Source: Anaerolineae bacterium (lineage in GTDB: Bacteria; Chloroflexota; Anaerolineae; UBA1429). Taken from it: DNA of 64,000 bases. Made by a program: the position numbers and the translations under genes. Positions 62,428 to 64,000 of the stretch are shown here, piece after piece. Position 1 is the stretch's first letter, and each line of letters begins with the position of its first letter. The stretch is from positions 2,624,001 through 2,688,000 of the forward strand of contig OY776562.1 in assembly GCA_963675785.1 (NCBI GenBank). The letters run 5' to 3'. The notes below the pieces were generated by a model. The model did no database searches. It saw only the letters and a list, made by a program, of their open reading frames with translations, and had not been told where the DNA came from.

Positions 62428-64000
62428 ATGCGACGCTTTTTGTCCATCCTGATTGCTGTAATGTTTTTGGTAACATTGTTTGCGATGCCCGTCAGTGCCA
62501 GCGATCCCATCAGCATTGATGAAGCCAGCTATTATGTCGTGGTGCTGAACGATGGTCGACTGGACGTAACCTACAAGCTCACCTTTACCGAACTAGAAGG
62601 TGGCCGAGAGCTGTTTCATGCCGTAGGACGCTTTCCTGATTATCACGAGATCACCGAAGCCAGTGGCGAAGGACCCAATGGTACTTTTGCCATCAGCTTT
62701 CAGGAAACAGACATGCCTGATCAGGAACCCTGGCCTTATTTCAAGCAAGTCAACTTTGGTGACCCCACAGTCAAGGGTGAACAATACACCATCACCATTC
62801 GCTATGAGATAACGCGCTCGGTTTTCGAATCAACCACTTACAATAACATGGATTATGTCGCCATTGGCTTTGGCACTCTCCAGTGGTCACTGCCCATTGC
62901 CACGGAATACATCGATTTCATTCTGCCCATTGAGCTGGATGCCAGCATTCTAGAACCAGAGCAGGTGACTGATGACGTGGTCAATGCCGCAGGTTTTGTC
63001 AGCGGCGACACTTCTTCCTTTGATCGCTGGGTATTTTATCCCACACCGGATGAAGAGACGGGCAAAGTTTGGCTGTCGCTCCGCGTTCAGCAGAATAATG
63101 TGCCTGCCGAGGGCAAACTTGTACCCCAGTTTTACCTACCAGCGGGGGATATTACTACAACAATCCTCACACCCATTCCCATCGAAGGTTCGACAGACGC
63201 CGCCAACGCCGCAGCCACGGCTACGGCCAGACCTACTCCTACACCACAAGGCATTGTCGGCTATCTCAGTGAGGCCAGCGATGCCTTGTGCTGCACTGGC
63301 ATTCCGATTGCCCTCCTGGTCGTTGGCCTGATCATCTGGGCAGCACGCAAGCGCAAGCCTAATCTTGGTTATGAACCACCCGAGATCGAAGTAGAAACTT
63401 TCCAGACTCCCGGCGTAGTGCCGGATATGAATGCCATCGAAACGGCTTTTTACATGAACAACTCGGCCAAGACCATCACCCTTATCGTCATGAGCCTGGA
63501 ACGTAAGGGCGTGGTCAACATCCTGAACCGCGTCCCCTTGCAGCTCGAAGTGCTACAAGAGAATGCCGAGGTCGAATCCTACGAAAAGGCCCTCTTGGGC
63601 ATCATCCAAGAAGATGGCACTCTAGATAAAGCGCGTATCCAAGAGGTACTGGCCGCAGTGGCTGCTGTAGTGCAACCCAAGCTGTGGAACGCTGATCCTG
63701 CCAAAACTCGCGAAACCTATCAGCAGCGCATCGATGGTGCCTGGGATAATTATGAACGCGAATGGCGCCGCACGACAGGCCCTATCTATCGCCCCGTGAT
63801 GACCGACTGGGTACTGTTGAGTGGTCGCAATTACGGTTCGCCCATGCCCTCCGGCAATTCGAACGATCGTGGTGGCTCTAGCACGCCAGGGCCGTTAGTT
63901 CAATCGGCTCAGGCTGCCATTGCCCCCATCGAAGCGATGGCTACCGATATATCAACAAGCATCGAGCAGAGCATCAACGGCACTATTGATCGCGTCGAAG
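62428..64000 (+). CDS. Exported membrane protein, DUF2207-like (partial, runs off the window; absent from the ORF track)
   Basis: Manual translation MRRFLSILIAVMFLVTLFAMPVSASDPISIDEASYYVVVLNDGRLDVTYKLTF...; signal peptide, P/T linker, TM (IPIALLVVGLIIWAARKRK); no stop seen in the part translated. Confidence 0.6.
   Translation, partial: MRRFLSILIAVMFLVTLFAMPVSASDPISIDEASYYVVVLNDGRLDVTYKLTFTELEGGRELFHAVGRFPDYHEITEASGEGPNGTFAISFQETDMPDQEPWPYFKQVNFGDPTVKGEQYTITIRYEITRSVFESTTYNNMDYVAIGFGTLQWSLPIATEYIDFILPIELDASILEPEQVTDDVVNAAGFVSGDTSSFDRWVFYPTPDEETGKVWLSLRVQQNNVPAEGKLVPQFYLPAGDITTTILTPIPIEGSTDAANAAATATARPTPTPQGIVGYLSEASDALCCTGIPIALLVVGLIIWAARKRKPNLGYEPPEIEVETFQTPGVVPDMNAIETAFYMNNSAKTITLIVMSLERKGVVNILNRVPLQLEVLQENAEVESYEKALLGIIQEDGTLDKARIQEVLAAVAAVVQPKLWNADPAKTRETYQQRIDGAWDNYEREWRRTTGPIYRPVMTDWVLLSGRNYGSPMPSGNSNDRGGSSTPGPLVQSAQAAIAPIEAMATDISTSIEQSINGTIDRVE

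Overview
Gene-dense core-chromosome segment of an anaerobic bacterium, most likely Chloroflexota (Anaerolineae-like). This taxonomy is inferred from the archaeal-type mevalonate operon, tandem GT-C glycosyltransferases, the YfhO-flippase fusion and the core-MetE/ahcY/metK operon. The window holds housekeeping genes (birA, rplU-rpmA-rpmE, tdk, era, rdgB, proC-yggS-pgeF, asnS, pcrA), three tRNAs without encoded CCA, RNase P RNA and a SAM-I riboswitch. No mobile element or CRISPR array was seen. The most interesting region is a ~7 kb redox/iron locus (14.46-21.4 kb). It is built around a Family 1 encapsulin whose upstream cargo is a tandem double bacterioferritin-like protein ending in a cargo-loading-type peptide (SVGSLKK). 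It is flanked by a rubredoxin missed by the ORF track, three stand-alone rubrerythrin-like proteins, a 2-oxoacid:ferredoxin oxidoreductase and a glutaredoxin-PDZ fusion, and it sits behind a promoter carrying a CsoR/RcnR-type operator. Other leads: a membrane-spanning STAND-like ATPase/TolB-propeller protein preceded by a candidate structured RNA, a rubredoxin-knuckle protein with a very acidic tail, a degenerate ComEC-type MBL-LTD protein, a folate-independent methionine cycle operon and a large envelope glycosylation cluster. All calls come from motif recognition by eye; no database searches were run.
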